From positions 1,376,001 through 1,440,000 of the forward strand of contig CAXXMB010000002.1 of the NCBI GenBank assembly GCA_963668675.2: a stretch of 64,000 nucleotides of DNA, given 5' to 3'. Of the stretch, positions 10,685 through 20,774 are shown piece by piece. Under the pieces are notes generated by a model, which saw only the letters and a program-made list of their open reading frames with translations, was not told the DNA's origin and did not search any database. Made by a program: the position numbers and the translations under genes. The first letter of the stretch is position 1. Each line of letters opens with the position of its first letter. This DNA comes from an uncultured Desulfatitalea sp. Lineage in GTDB: Bacteria > Desulfobacterota > Desulfobacteria > Desulfobacterales > Desulfosarcinaceae.

Positions 10685-10722
10685 AACGAATACTTCACAG
10701 CCAACATTTCGAACTCGTGTTC

Positions 10723-12576
10723 TCAGGCGGAGGGCTCCGTCCTGTGTTGGTTGAAGAATGCTTTTACGCCGGCCTCTCCCATGAAACGGCGTAAAACCTT
10801 ATGATCGGTCTTCAACAGATCGACCCAGACCAGGCCGTCGATGACATTGGCAAAATCGCGATCGATGTTGAAGGCCAAAAACCGCCCGTTCAACTTCAGG
10901 TAGTGTTTGATCAAGGTGGGCACCCCCTTCCGGTCGCTCTCGATCTCCGACACGAGAAGGGAGATATCTTCGATGTCCACATGACGGGCACAGTCGAAGC
11001 GGCTGTTTCGTCCGATGCCGCCGTCGACCTTGGGTGCACAACGCGGTTTAACAAGCGATGTCAACTGGTCGTCCATCTTGTTGCGCTGCAGAAAGGCGAC
11101 CATCAGGTTTTTCGAAATGGTGTGGTAGTCGTGGCTGATACTGACTGGACCGAAGAGATAACGATATTGACAGTTGCGGGCCACGAACTCTCCGATGCCT
11201 CGCCACAGGAGGGAGAGGCAGCCGAACTTGCGCTGATACTCGTTGCGAATGAACGAACGACCCAGCTCGAGCGCACAGCCCAGATGCCCCAAAAAGGACG
11301 GCTGGTAGTCGAAGAGCGAAGTCGTATAGAGCCCTTGAGGGCCTCTCTCCTCAAGGATCGAGCGCGTCTCACCCAGGCGATAGGCGCCCACGATCTCTTC
11401 TTTGTCGCAGTTCCACAAGAAGAGCTGCTGGTAATAGGCGTCAAATTCATCCGTATCCTGGCTCTGGCCGGTGCCTTCGCCCACATCCCGAAAACTGCGC
11501 TCGCGCAGCCGACCGATCTCGCGCATGATCCCAGGAGATTGATCGGCTGTCATCGTGTAGATGCGAAACGCCTTCTGGCTGACCAGGCAACTGGCCTCGG
11601 GCAATGCTTCAATCTCATTAGCCAAGTATACTTTGGGAACGGGGGCGACGATGGGGTGCTGTCTGGCACGAGGTTTCAGAAGTGGCAGACGCATCGGTGC
11701 CCGCCTGATTTTCTCATTTTTGCGGTGCCGGAGCAGATAGGTATTGAAACGGAGAAAGTCGGTTGCCGCGCGATCTGAATTTAGAGCCGTCAACCGCCTC
11801 CAATGGATCGGCTTTCCCAACGAGAGTTCGATGGTGGCCGAACGCTTCTTTATCATCTCACGCGGCAGCATCAGGGTGCGCAGCCGGGGATGGACCATTC
11901 CGGCCATATTGAAAAGGAGACTGTTCCGGCCGTGAACGAAAACAGGCAGCGCCTTGGCTTTGGCCATGGTGATCAACCGGGCAACATGCACATGCCAGGG
12001 GGGATCGACGATGCGTCCCGAGCGGACACTCCAGTGGGAAACCTCACCGGAAGGGAAGGTGAGTAGAGCGCCCCCCTGCTTCAGCCACTTGAGCGCCGTG
12101 CGAATCGTCTTTGCATTTCGTTTTGCCGCGCCTTTCGAATCAAAGGGATCGACGGCGATAATTTTGTCCTTAAGCTCCGGGATCTGTTCAAGCAGAAAAT
12201 TTCCCAGGATGCGGACATCTGGCCGGGTGTTGAGGAGAATTTCCGACAATATGATCCCTTCGACGCCGCCAAAAGGGTGGTTGGCCACCATCACCAACGG
12301 TCCCGATTTGGGGATCTGCATCAACTCCTGCTCGGTCACCGCGTAGTTGATATTGAGCAGTTCAAGGCTCTTACGGCAGAAATCGACCGCTGAGAGCCTG
12401 CCGGGTATGGCGTGGTAGAGGCCGTTGATCTTGTGAATGGCAAATAGATGCTCCAGCGATAAACCCAAACCGCTTCGAACCCAGCCGGGGGCCGGCGCCT
12501 CGGCTATCGATCTCAAATCGATCAGCTTGCCACTACTTTCCGGTGCGCCTATCAATGCCAAATCCGTCTGTTGCAT
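10723..12576 (-). CDS. Bifunctional PlsC-type acyltransferase + GNAT protein (OlsF-like amino-lipid synthase / 'putative hemolysin')
   Basis: N-terminal ANHPFGGVEG and FPSGEVS; C-terminal EIGRLRE.SFR..GEG, ELGRSFI and LFGPVSIS. ATG 12576 with GGAGGA RBS. Confidence 0.85.
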   Translation of the reverse strand: MQQTDLALIGAPESSGKLIDLRSIAEAPAPGWVRSGLGLSLEHLFAIHKINGLYHAIPGRLSAVDFCRKSLELLNINYAVTEQELMQIPKSGPLVMVANHPFGGVEGIILSEILLNTRPDVRILGNFLLEQIPELKDKIIAVDPFDSKGAAKRNAKTIRTALKWLKQGGALLTFPSGEVSHWSVRSGRIVDPPWHVHVARLITMAKAKALPVFVHGRNSLLFNMAGMVHPRLRTLMLPREMIKKRSATIELSLGKPIHWRRLTALNSDRAATDFLRFNTYLLRHRKNEKIRRAPMRLPLLKPRARQHPIVAPVPKVYLANEIEALPEASCLVSQKAFRIYTMTADQSPGIMREIGRLRERSFRDVGEGTGQSQDTDEFDAYYQQLFLWNCDKEEIVGAYRLGETRSILEERGPQGLYTTSLFDYQPSFLGHLGCALELGRSFIRNEYQRKFGCLSLLWRGIGEFVARNCQYRYLFGPVSISHDYHTISKNLMVAFLQRNKMDDQLTSLVKPRCAPKVDGGIGRNSRFDCARHVDIEDISLLVSEIESDRKGVPTLIKHYLKLNGRFLAFNIDRDFANVIDGLVWVDLLKTDHKVLRRFMGEAGVKAFFNQHRTEPSA

Positions 12577-12878
12577 TTGCAAGAGTAATCCTCCAACTGT
12601 TCTTTCCGTAATCCATTGAACCCCATACCGCACTATCCGGCATAACGACCGTTTTACTATTCGGCCGATGTTAGTCTTTGGTGAGGGATTGGCTAGAAAT
12701 CGGCAAGGCGAAGGCCTCAGCAATCAACTTCGAACCTTTGCCAACGAAGGATCTGGCGTCTCCGTGCCTTTTCAACGTCTGGGAGAGGGTTTGACTTGGA
12801 TCAATTGCTTTATGTAACAGAGGTCTTAAGATGGGGTTCAAATCGCCGGCATCGGCGTGACAATGAGGGGAGGAGACG

Positions 12879-13073
12879 ATGGACAAAATAGAACTGCTGA
12901 AACAGAAGCTGAACACGATCGAAGCGGATCTCGAAGAGGCCCGTCGGCGTCTTCCAGCCCACTCGGTCAAACCGGCGTTGATGGCAGCCGTGTTTGACCT
13001 GGAAGATGAACGCGAAGCCGTTCTTAGAGAGATCGACCACTATCAATCCAAGATCAAAGATCGTCACCCATGA
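12879..13073 (+). CDS. Small coiled-coil hypothetical protein (64 aa)
   Basis: Strong RBS GGGAGGAG; heptad-rich sequence with RLPAHSVKP core. Confidence 0.7.
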   Translation: MDKIELLKQKLNTIEADLEEARRRLPAHSVKPALMAAVFDLEDEREAVLREIDHYQSKIKDRHP

Positions 13074-13241
13074 CCATCAAAGTGCAACAAGCCCATAACG
13101 GTGCCTCTCCGCCTGGACTGGTCAGCCGCCGCCCAACGGCTGGGAGCAGCGTCAACGGATCAATCCATGCAGGTTCCGCTCCTCGGGCAGCCCCACCCCA
13201 TTGCGCCCCACGGTTGGTTGGACGAAGCGGGACAGGCGATC

Positions 13242-14102
13242 TTACGGTTTGTGGTCGTGTCCGGGATATACCTTTTTGAGACATTCCGGACAGAGGGAGT
13301 GGCTGAAGGTGGCGTCTGAATGCTCCCGAATGTAGGATTCGACTTGGTTCCAATACCCGGTGTCATCCCTTATTTTTTTACACAAGGAGCAGATTGGCAA
13401 AATACCCTCGAGTGATTTTACATCGTCCCTGGCTTTGAGGAGATCGTATTCCACCCTTTGAAAATTCAAGACACAGAGGCCAAAGCAGGCAAAGGTGATC
13501 AGGCCGCAGTAAATAATGATCGTGATACCCTGAATAACGGAGGGCGCTAAAAACGAGACCATCTCGTGTTCATACACCAGCGTATAGGTCAATCTGATAA
13601 TGGACCAGAAGGTGCCCGCGCCAAGCGGAATCACCACCAACAGATTGGACCCTTTGAGAAAAGAGGGGATCATCCGCTTGAAAATAGCAATGGCATAGAG
13701 CGTCGTTATGGCGTAGATCACTGATATCACAATAATGCGATTGCTGATGCTTGGTGAGACATAGGTGAAGTATAAAGTAAAAAGGGCGACGCCTGCGACA
13801 ACCAAAAGATAGGGCCACATGGGATGACGCCTCTCCACAAACAGAACAAGGCCGTACGGTATTACCAAAAACGCGGTCACTGCAACCATGTTGGCGATGA
13901 CGACAGTGATAAGGTCAGGCAGTACGCCACGCAACCCGATAAGAATATTTGCCAAAAAATAGAAGCCGGCAGCGGCTGCCCAGTAACGAAACCCCGCATA
14001 GGTCTTGCGCGTCCGGTCAACATAGACCATACAAACGAAGAGAATCAGACCGATCATGCTCACCACAAAAAATGTGGTTCTCATATGCAGAAACTGCTCC
14101 AT
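13242..14102 (-). CDS. Multi-pass membrane protein with C-terminal Cys/His (probable Zn-binding) domain
   Basis: About 7 hydrophobic helices, then LPICSLCKKIRDD.GYW..VESYI..HS...FSHSLCPEC. Confidence 0.8.
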   Translation of the reverse strand: MEQFLHMRTTFFVVSMIGLILFVCMVYVDRTRKTYAGFRYWAAAAGFYFLANILIGLRGVLPDLITVVIANMVAVTAFLVIPYGLVLFVERRHPMWPYLLVVAGVALFTLYFTYVSPSISNRIIVISVIYAITTLYAIAIFKRMIPSFLKGSNLLVVIPLGAGTFWSIIRLTYTLVYEHEMVSFLAPSVIQGITIIIYCGLITFACFGLCVLNFQRVEYDLLKARDDVKSLEGILPICSLCKKIRDDTGYWNQVESYIREHSDATFSHSLCPECLKKVYPGHDHKP

Positions 14103-14169
14103 TTCACATCCTTTGATTTTAATCCACCGGATCGATCAAAACACCCTTGCCGCCATTTGGAGGGTCACC

Positions 14170-14412
14170 CATAGCGGTTTGAACCTGTCGGGCAATGCCC
14201 TTACCCTTTACAACGAAGCGAAAAACCAAACCGGCTATACGGAATGGTATGGCAAGATGAATATTCTGACGCCCGAATTATTGGCTGACGACCCATATGC
14301 CTCCCAAGAGTACCTGGTGCAGGCCCCGGTTCCCGAACCGGCCACCCTTTTCCTGCTGGGGACAGGCCTGTTGGGCTTGGCGGGCATCGGGAGAAAAAAA
14401 CTGAAGCGCTAA
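14170..14412 (+). pseudogene. PEP-CTERM protein 3' remnant (or a 51-aa micro-protein from ATG 14257)
   Basis: Canonical VPEPATLFLLGTGLLGLAGIGRKKLKR-stop; no signal peptide and no room for a full gene upstream. 5' boundary approximate. Confidence 0.7.
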
Positions 14413-14438
14413 GAAGCCAAGTAAAGCGAGATAACACC

Positions 14439-14472
14439 AAGGCAGGGCCTTTATCAAAAGTCCCTGCCTTTT
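14439..14472. terminator. Hairpin between the convergent PEP-CTERM remnant and nrdJ
   Basis: AAGGCAGGG...CCCTGCCTT followed by TT. Confidence 0.55.
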
Positions 14473-14505
14473 CTGTTATAAAATCGGTATGTCTGAAACT
14501 TTGCG

Positions 14506-16995
14506 CTACCCGCACTTGGTATAACCGCAAAAGTGGCAGGTCTGGCAACCCTCCTCGAAACTGATGGTCTGGCCGCACTCCGGGCAGGTGGCGCCCAACA
14601 GGCTGTTGCCTGAGCGTGCCTTTCTTTTATCGCTGTCAATGAGATAGCGTCGTTCGAGCACCCTCGAAATCGCATCGGGAATGGAAAGCACCAATCCGCC
14701 CTCCTGGAAGATGGGGTGTTCTCCGCCGATGCCCTTGAGTTGCTCCACGATCTGGCCCACCTCGACACCCGACCGCAGCGCCAGGGAGACCAGTCGGCCG
14801 ATGGCTTCGGTCTTGGCTGTGGTCGAACGCCCCGACTTGCCGATGGTGGCAAAGACCTCGAACGGGTATCCGTTGAACTCCGTGACGGTAACATAGAGAT
14901 GGCCGTAGCCGGTACGAATCTTGGTGGTGAAACCCTCCAGGGTTTCAGGCCTTTCGCGTACGGCACTCTGGACACCGCCCATATCCTGGCTGGTGGTGAG
15001 GCCGGTGGAGAGCACCTGATTCTCTTTGCTGCCGTCACGATAGATGGTCACACCTTTGCAGCCCAGTTGATAGGCGATATCGTAAATCTTGCGTACATCT
15101 TCCGGCGCGGCGTCGTGGGGCAGGTTGACCGTTTTGGAGACGGCGTTGTCGGTGAACTTCTGAAAAGCGGCCTGCATGCGGACGTGCCACTCGGGAGATA
15201 CGTCGTGAGCGGTGACGAAGATCTCTTTTACGTCTTCCGGGATCCCCTCCACATCCTTGATCGAACCGCTGGCGGCCACCGTCTCCATCAGCTGCTGGCT
15301 GTAGAAACCGCGTGCTTTGGCCACCGCTTCGAAGACAGGGTTCACTTCGGCCAGACGGTCGTTGTCCATCACCGTGCGAATAAAACTCAAGGCGAACAGG
15401 GGTTCAATACCGCTCGAACAGTTGGCGATGATGCTCAGTGTGCCCGTAGGTGCAATGGTGGTCAAAGTGGCGTTGCGCAGGGGCGGTCGTCCCATCTTTT
15501 TATAGATGCTGCGGTCGTAATTGGGGAATGCCCCGCGCCGCTGGGCCAGATCCTCCGAGGCGGCATGGGACTCGGCCTGGATAAAACTCATCACCTCTTC
15601 GGCCAGGGTCAGCGCCTCCTCCGAGTTATAAGGAATTTTGAGCTGAAACAGCAGGTCGGCAAAGCCCATGACGCCCAATCCGACCTTGCGGTTGGCCTTC
15701 ACCATCTCATCGATGGCAGCCAGGGGATATTGGGACATGTCGATCGTGTTGTCGAGGAAGTGAACCGCCTCCCAAACCACCCGCCGCAACTCTTCGTAAT
15801 CGATGGCAGCCGCCTCCTTGTCCATCACCGTACACCGCGCCAGGTTAATCGATCCCAGGTTGCACGCCTCTTTGGGAAGGAGCGGCTGTTCGCCACACGG
15901 GTTGGTGCTCTCGATGGCGCCCACACTCGGCGTGGGGTTGTCCCGGTTCATGGGGTCGAGAAAGACGATGCCCGGATCGCCGTTCTTCCAGGCTTGCTGA
16001 ACCAGCGCCGCGTATACATCCGCAGCCTTGAGCGATGCGGTCTTGCACTTACGGGCGGGATCGATCAAGTCGTATTCGGCACCGCTGGCGACTGCTTTCA
16101 TAAAGTCGTCGGTTACGCCGACGGAGATGTTGAAGTTATTCAACTCGCTGTCGTTCTGCTTGCAAAAGATAAACTCCATGATATCCGGATGATCCACCCG
16201 CATTATGGCCATATTGGCGCCCCGGCGGGTACCCCCTTGCTTGACCTGTTCGGTGGCCGTGTTGAAAATCTTCATAAACGATACCGGTCCCGAAGCCACG
16301 CCGCCCGTGGTGCCGACCATGGAGTTTTTGGGACGCAGGCGGGAGAATGAGAAGCCGGTCCCGCCACCGGACTTGTGGATGATGGCGGCATTTTTGAGGG
16401 TATCGAAGATCGCCTCCATGCTGTCCTCCACCGGCAGGACAAAACATGCAGCCAGTTGTCCCAACCGTCGTCCGGCATTCATCAAGGTGGGTGAGTTGGG
16501 CAAAAATTTCTGCTCGGCCATCAAAGCGAAGAAGGTCTCTTGGACCGCGGCCACGTCCGCTTCCGGATCATAGTTCAGCTCGGCCTTGGCAATATGACGG
16601 GCCACCCGTTGAAACATCTGGGACGGACTCTCCAGCAGCTTGCCCGACTCCTCCTTTTTTAAATATCGGCGTTCGAGCACCTTTACGGCATTGTCAGACA
16701 GATTCAGTCCGTTGCGTACAAAAAGGGATCTGTCCAAGGGGACGTGCACCACCTTGGAGACCCCATACTCTTCCAGCGTGGCCTTAACAACCGCATCCAC
16801 GATAGGCGCCGTGATCCGATGGATCTTGAGTTCATCGATGGCCTCGCGCACAAAGCGGCTGATGGACTGGGCCTGTTTATCGTCCATGGGGTGTTGCTGG
16901 ATCAGGACACGCGAAAACCGCTCTTCATCCCAGCTATAGGTAGCCAGATCGATGACGCCTTCGCTTGTTTCGATAAGTTTTGCTTTTTGACCCAC
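14506..16995 (-). CDS. nrdJ: Class II (adenosylcobalamin-dependent) ribonucleotide reductase with C-terminal TSCPD/Zn-ribbon domain
   Basis: FLPNSPTL, QLAACFV, GGGTG, STNPCGEQPL...ACNLGSINL, IAPTGT, KGVTIYRDGS and C-terminal CPECG...C..CGYTKC. GTG 16995 with AGGAG RBS. Confidence 0.93.
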   Translation of the reverse strand: MGQKAKLIETSEGVIDLATYSWDEERFSRVLIQQHPMDDKQAQSISRFVREAIDELKIHRITAPIVDAVVKATLEEYGVSKVVHVPLDRSLFVRNGLNLSDNAVKVLERRYLKKEESGKLLESPSQMFQRVARHIAKAELNYDPEADVAAVQETFFALMAEQKFLPNSPTLMNAGRRLGQLAACFVLPVEDSMEAIFDTLKNAAIIHKSGGGTGFSFSRLRPKNSMVGTTGGVASGPVSFMKIFNTATEQVKQGGTRRGANMAIMRVDHPDIMEFIFCKQNDSELNNFNISVGVTDDFMKAVASGAEYDLIDPARKCKTASLKAADVYAALVQQAWKNGDPGIVFLDPMNRDNPTPSVGAIESTNPCGEQPLLPKEACNLGSINLARCTVMDKEAAAIDYEELRRVVWEAVHFLDNTIDMSQYPLAAIDEMVKANRKVGLGVMGFADLLFQLKIPYNSEEALTLAEEVMSFIQAESHAASEDLAQRRGAFPNYDRSIYKKMGRPPLRNATLTTIAPTGTLSIIANCSSGIEPLFALSFIRTVMDNDRLAEVNPVFEAVAKARGFYSQQLMETVAASGSIKDVEGIPEDVKEIFVTAHDVSPEWHVRMQAAFQKFTDNAVSKTVNLPHDAAPEDVRKIYDIAYQLGCKGVTIYRDGSKENQVLSTGLTTSQDMGGVQSAVRERPETLEGFTTKIRTGYGHLYVTVTEFNGYPFEVFATIGKSGRSTTAKTEAIGRLVSLALRSGVEVGQIVEQLKGIGGEHPIFQEGGLVLSIPDAISRVLERRYLIDSDKRKARSGNSLLGATCPECGQTISFEEGCQTCHFCGYTKCG

Positions 16996-17172
16996 AGGCT
17001 CTGCTCCTGTCAGTGATAGATGGTGGTTGGGTGATACTGCCGGTTGGCGCTGCATTCCGGGCCAAAGCATGCTTCTACGATGATCGCTTTTACCGCAGAT
17101 CACCGTTCGGTCCGAATACCTGCCCGATGGGAAACAGCAATGTACGACAACGAGGATATTGATTTTGTTGGC

Positions 17173-17219
17173 ATACAATATGTTGTATGTCAACAGCTAT
17201 TATTCCCTATATATAAGGG
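17173..17219. promoter_or_regulatory. Tandem NrdR boxes upstream of nrdJ
   Basis: ATACAATATGTTGTAT (17173-17188) and TCCCTATATATAAGGG (17204-17219) match acaCwAtATaTwGtgt; starts are 31 bp apart. Confidence 0.75.
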
Positions 17220-17383
17220 TATTGGGAATTATAGTGCCTTATCGCACAAATACAACCGGGATCCCCTTGTTTGGTCGTTCGGTTAGCCCGCCTTAAAGAC
17301 CGAATGCGCTGAAGGTCATCCCGCATTTTCTCCCGGACGCTCTTTCACCCACCTCTTCAAGAGTGGGGCAGCTTCGCTCCAAT

Positions 17384-17436
17384 ACACTATATGTAGAAAA
17401 TTTCAATTGACAGACAACAAGATGTTGATGTAACTT
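17384..17436 (+). promoter_or_regulatory. Tandem NrdR boxes overlapping a sigma70-like promoter of nrdDG
   Basis: ACACTATATGTAGAAA (17384-17399) and CAACAAGATGTTGATG (17415-17430), 31 bp apart; TTGACA 17407-17412 and TAACTT 17431-17436. Confidence 0.78.
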
Positions 17437-17561
17437 CTCCATCATTCTGCACTGCACTTTTTACTTCGAATCCCTGTAAAACCCCTAAAACGGTCGGCAC
17501 ACCGGTGTCCGGCAAATTTGGCATTACCCGATAACCTTTCAGCCCCAACGAGGAGAGCCTG

Positions 17562-19790
17562 GTGTTCGAGCAAATCAAAAAGCGTGACGGACGAATTGTC
17601 GAATTTGATTCCACCAAGATCACCGCTGCCATCGCCAAAGCCGGCAAGGTGACCAGCGAATTCAGCGAACGCGAAGCCCGCAAGCTGACCTTGCGAGTGC
17701 TGACACTGGCGCACGAGATGCGGCTGGGCGAACAGCCCGAGGTGGAGGAGATACAGGATATTGTTGAGCATGTCCTGCTCGATTCGCCCTACCACGTCAC
17801 CGCCAAGGCGTATATCCTCTATCGCGAACAGCACGCCCAAATCCGGAGCATCGCCACCAAAGCCAATGTGGACCTGGTCGAACACTATATCCAGCGCCTG
17901 GATTGGAAAATAAAAGAAAACAGTAACATGTGCTACTCCTTGCAGGGGCTCAACAACTACATCTCGTCGGATGTCACCTCCGAATACTGGCTCAACCGGA
18001 TCTATCCCCCCGATATCCGCAACGCCCACAAAACGGGCGATCTGCATATCCACGACCTGAGCCTGCTCTCGGTCTACTGTGTCGGATGGGATCTGAAGGA
18101 TCTGCTGAAAAACGGTTTCAAAGGGGTCGAAGGCAAAGTGGAGAGTGCACCGCCCAAGCACCTGCGCTCCGCCCTGGGCCAGATCGTCAACTTCTTCTAC
18201 ACCCTTCAGGGCGAGGCGGCCGGCGCCCAGGCCCTTTCCAATTTCGACACCCTGTTGGCCCCCTTCATCCGTTATGACAATCTCTCTTACGAAAAGGTCA
18301 GGCAGGCCCTGCAGGAGTTCATCTTCAACATCAACATCCCCACACGGGTCGGATTTCAGACGCCGTTCACCAACATCACCATGGACCTTTACGTACCTTC
18401 CATTCTCAAAGACCAATCGGTCATTTTGGGCGGCAAGGAGATGGATACCACCTACGCCGAGTTCCAGCCTGAAATGGATACGCTCAACCGGGCCTTTGCC
18501 GAAGTGATGATGGCCGGCGACGCCAAAGGGAGGGTCTTCACCTTCCCCATCCCGACCTACAACATCACGCCGGACTTCGATTGGGACAACCCCAATCTCG
18601 ATATGGTGTGGCAGATGACTGCCAAGTATGGGATTCCCTACTTTTCCAATTTCGTCAACTCGGACATGTCGCCGGAAGACGCCCGCTCCATGTGCTGCAG
18701 ACTGCGCCTGGACAACCGGGAGCTGCTCAAACGCGGCGGTGGGCTGTTCGGCGCCAACCCCCTGACCGGATCGATCGGCGTGGTGACCATCAATCTGCCG
18801 CGCATCGGACACCAGGCCGAGGGTGAAAAGGACTTCTTCCAACGGCTGGAGCATCGCGTTCGCCAAGCCGTGGAGAGCCTGATCATAAAGCGCAAGGTGC
18901 TGGAAAAATTCACCGAACGAAACCTCTACCCCTACTCGCGCTTCTATCTGCGGGAGATCAAACAGGGCAGCGGCACCTTCTGGAAGAACCACTTCTCCAC
19001 CATCGGCATCATCGGCATGAACGAAGCCTGCCTCAATTTCATCCACAAGGACATCGGTACCATGGAGGGCCAGGCGTTCGCCCTCAAGGTGATGGATCAC
19101 CTGCGCAGCTTACTGGCCGAAGTTCAGGATGAAACCGGGGACATCTTCAACCTGGAGGCCACCCCGGCCGAGGGCACCGCATTCCGCCTTGCCATGCTCG
19201 ACAAGAAGAAGCACCCCGAAATCATCTGCTCCAACGAGGTGGAGTACGGCAAGGGTGCTGCCCCTTACTACACCAATTCAACCCAACTACCGGTCAACTA
19301 TACCGACGATCTTTACGAAACACTTCAACTGCAGGACCAGCTCCAGACCAAATACACCGGTGGAACCGTGCTGCATGTCTTTCTGGGTGAACAGCTCGGC
19401 GACATATCGGCTGTTAAAGCCCTGGTCCGAAAAATCGCAAACAACTATCACCTGCCTTACTTTACCTTAACGCCCACCTTCAGCATCTGCCCCTCCCATG
19501 GCTACCTGGCCGGCGAGCAGCAGCGCTGTTCCCATTGCAATCAGGAAACCGAAATCTACTCACGGGTGGTGGGCTACCTGCGACCGGTCAAACAGTGGAA
19601 CGACGGCAAGCAGGCCGAATATGCATTGCGCAAAACCTACCGGCCCGACTCCATAAATGAAGAGGTCACCGCCACCGTTATTACCCGTCAGGTGTCGTAT
19701 GGTGCGAAGGAAACGCTTCCTGAACCCTGCACGCCGGACGCAGGGGAGGCCATCGTTGCCGATCAGAAGACGGGCTCGGCTTGCCAATAG
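17562..19790 (+). CDS. nrdD: Class III anaerobic ribonucleoside-triphosphate reductase with ATP cone
   Basis: IKKRDGRIVEFD ATP cone, RSMCCRL, NLEATPAEG, YTGGTV, CPSHG...CSHC and YSRVVGYLRP glycyl-radical motif. Confidence 0.95.
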   Translation: MFEQIKKRDGRIVEFDSTKITAAIAKAGKVTSEFSEREARKLTLRVLTLAHEMRLGEQPEVEEIQDIVEHVLLDSPYHVTAKAYILYREQHAQIRSIATKANVDLVEHYIQRLDWKIKENSNMCYSLQGLNNYISSDVTSEYWLNRIYPPDIRNAHKTGDLHIHDLSLLSVYCVGWDLKDLLKNGFKGVEGKVESAPPKHLRSALGQIVNFFYTLQGEAAGAQALSNFDTLLAPFIRYDNLSYEKVRQALQEFIFNINIPTRVGFQTPFTNITMDLYVPSILKDQSVILGGKEMDTTYAEFQPEMDTLNRAFAEVMMAGDAKGRVFTFPIPTYNITPDFDWDNPNLDMVWQMTAKYGIPYFSNFVNSDMSPEDARSMCCRLRLDNRELLKRGGGLFGANPLTGSIGVVTINLPRIGHQAEGEKDFFQRLEHRVRQAVESLIIKRKVLEKFTERNLYPYSRFYLREIKQGSGTFWKNHFSTIGIIGMNEACLNFIHKDIGTMEGQAFALKVMDHLRSLLAEVQDETGDIFNLEATPAEGTAFRLAMLDKKKHPEIICSNEVEYGKGAAPYYTNSTQLPVNYTDDLYETLQLQDQLQTKYTGGTVLHVFLGEQLGDISAVKALVRKIANNYHLPYFTLTPTFSICPSHGYLAGEQQRCSHCNQETEIYSRVVGYLRPVKQWNDGKQAEYALRKTYRPDSINEEVTATVITRQVSYGAKETLPEPCTPDAGEAIVADQKTGSACQ

Positions 19791-19845
19791 AGATGCCGCA
19801 TCTCCAAGCCAAAGGCCCCTCTTTTACCCATAGATCTGATCTGCC

Positions 19846-20547
19846 ATGATCCTGGCCGGCCTGCATAAAACCTCACTGATCGACTTTCCCGGCAGGGTCA
19901 GTTGTGTCGTTTTTTTGACCGGATGCAACTTCACCTGCCCCTTCTGCCACAACTCGGAACTGGCCAGGGGCACCTACCCCCAGAAAATACCCCTGGCCCA
20001 GTTTATCGCGTTTATGACACCCCGCAGAAAACTGCTCGATGGTGTGGTCATCACCGGCGGAGAGCCGACCCTTAACCCCAGGTTGACGGAGCTGTGCCGT
20101 GCCATCCGAGACGCCGGTCTCAGCATCAAGCTCGACACCAACGGAAGCCGGCCCAACGTGCTCGAGCAACTGTTCAAAGATCGGCTCGTCGATTATGTGG
20201 CCATGGACATCAAAACGCCTCTGGCCGAATACCACCCCCTGCTGACGAAAAGAGAGATGGTCGCCACGCTCGAAAGCAGCATCCGGCTGATCATGGAAAA
20301 GGCACCGGACTATGAATTCCGCACCACCTGTGTAAGCCCCTTTGTCGACGGCCGTAAAATCATAGATATGGCCCACACCATCGCCGGGGCCCGCCGATAT
20401 GTGCTGCAACCCTTCAAAGCGGCCAACATGCTTCAAGCGGATTTTTTCGAAAACCAAACCCCCGAAATATCACGCCGCGAAATCGATCGCTTTAGAAAAG
20501 CATCAACCCCACTGGTGCGGGAGTGCCTGATCCGCAACGAGATTTGA
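19846..20547 (+). CDS. nrdG: Anaerobic RNR activating radical SAM enzyme
   Basis: SLIDFPG...GCNFTCPFCHN, ITGGEPTL and KLDTNGS motifs; follows nrdD. Confidence 0.93.
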   Translation: MILAGLHKTSLIDFPGRVSCVVFLTGCNFTCPFCHNSELARGTYPQKIPLAQFIAFMTPRRKLLDGVVITGGEPTLNPRLTELCRAIRDAGLSIKLDTNGSRPNVLEQLFKDRLVDYVAMDIKTPLAEYHPLLTKREMVATLESSIRLIMEKAPDYEFRTTCVSPFVDGRKIIDMAHTIAGARRYVLQPFKAANMLQADFFENQTPEISRREIDRFRKASTPLVRECLIRNEI

Positions 20548-20774
20548 CCGTATCACATTTTCTAATTATATATTCATCGACTGTATGCCATTCATTATTT
20601 GTCTTGACATCAGTATGCCGCTTTTTTATGGTCGAAGAATAGTGGGCATGACCGCTTCTCATCTTCGATAACCCCTGCTGCAAAACATAGGTCCATGCCC
20701 CCAGCAAGAGCATCACAGGTCCGCAGAAAACGGTCAAACAACCAATACCAATCCACAGCATAGAGGAGGCCGAC

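Noticed and set aside
12577..12878. Structured RNA in the spacer upstream of the acyltransferase
   Set aside because: No riboswitch consensus recognised.
14716..19100. Long ORFs 14716-16350 (+) and 17442-19100 (-)
   Set aside because: Antisense shadows of nrdJ and nrdD.
14506..19790. Inteins or introns in the RNR genes; cobalamin riboswitch before nrdJ
   Set aside because: Protein lengths and motif spacing look normal, and no riboswitch consensus was recognised.
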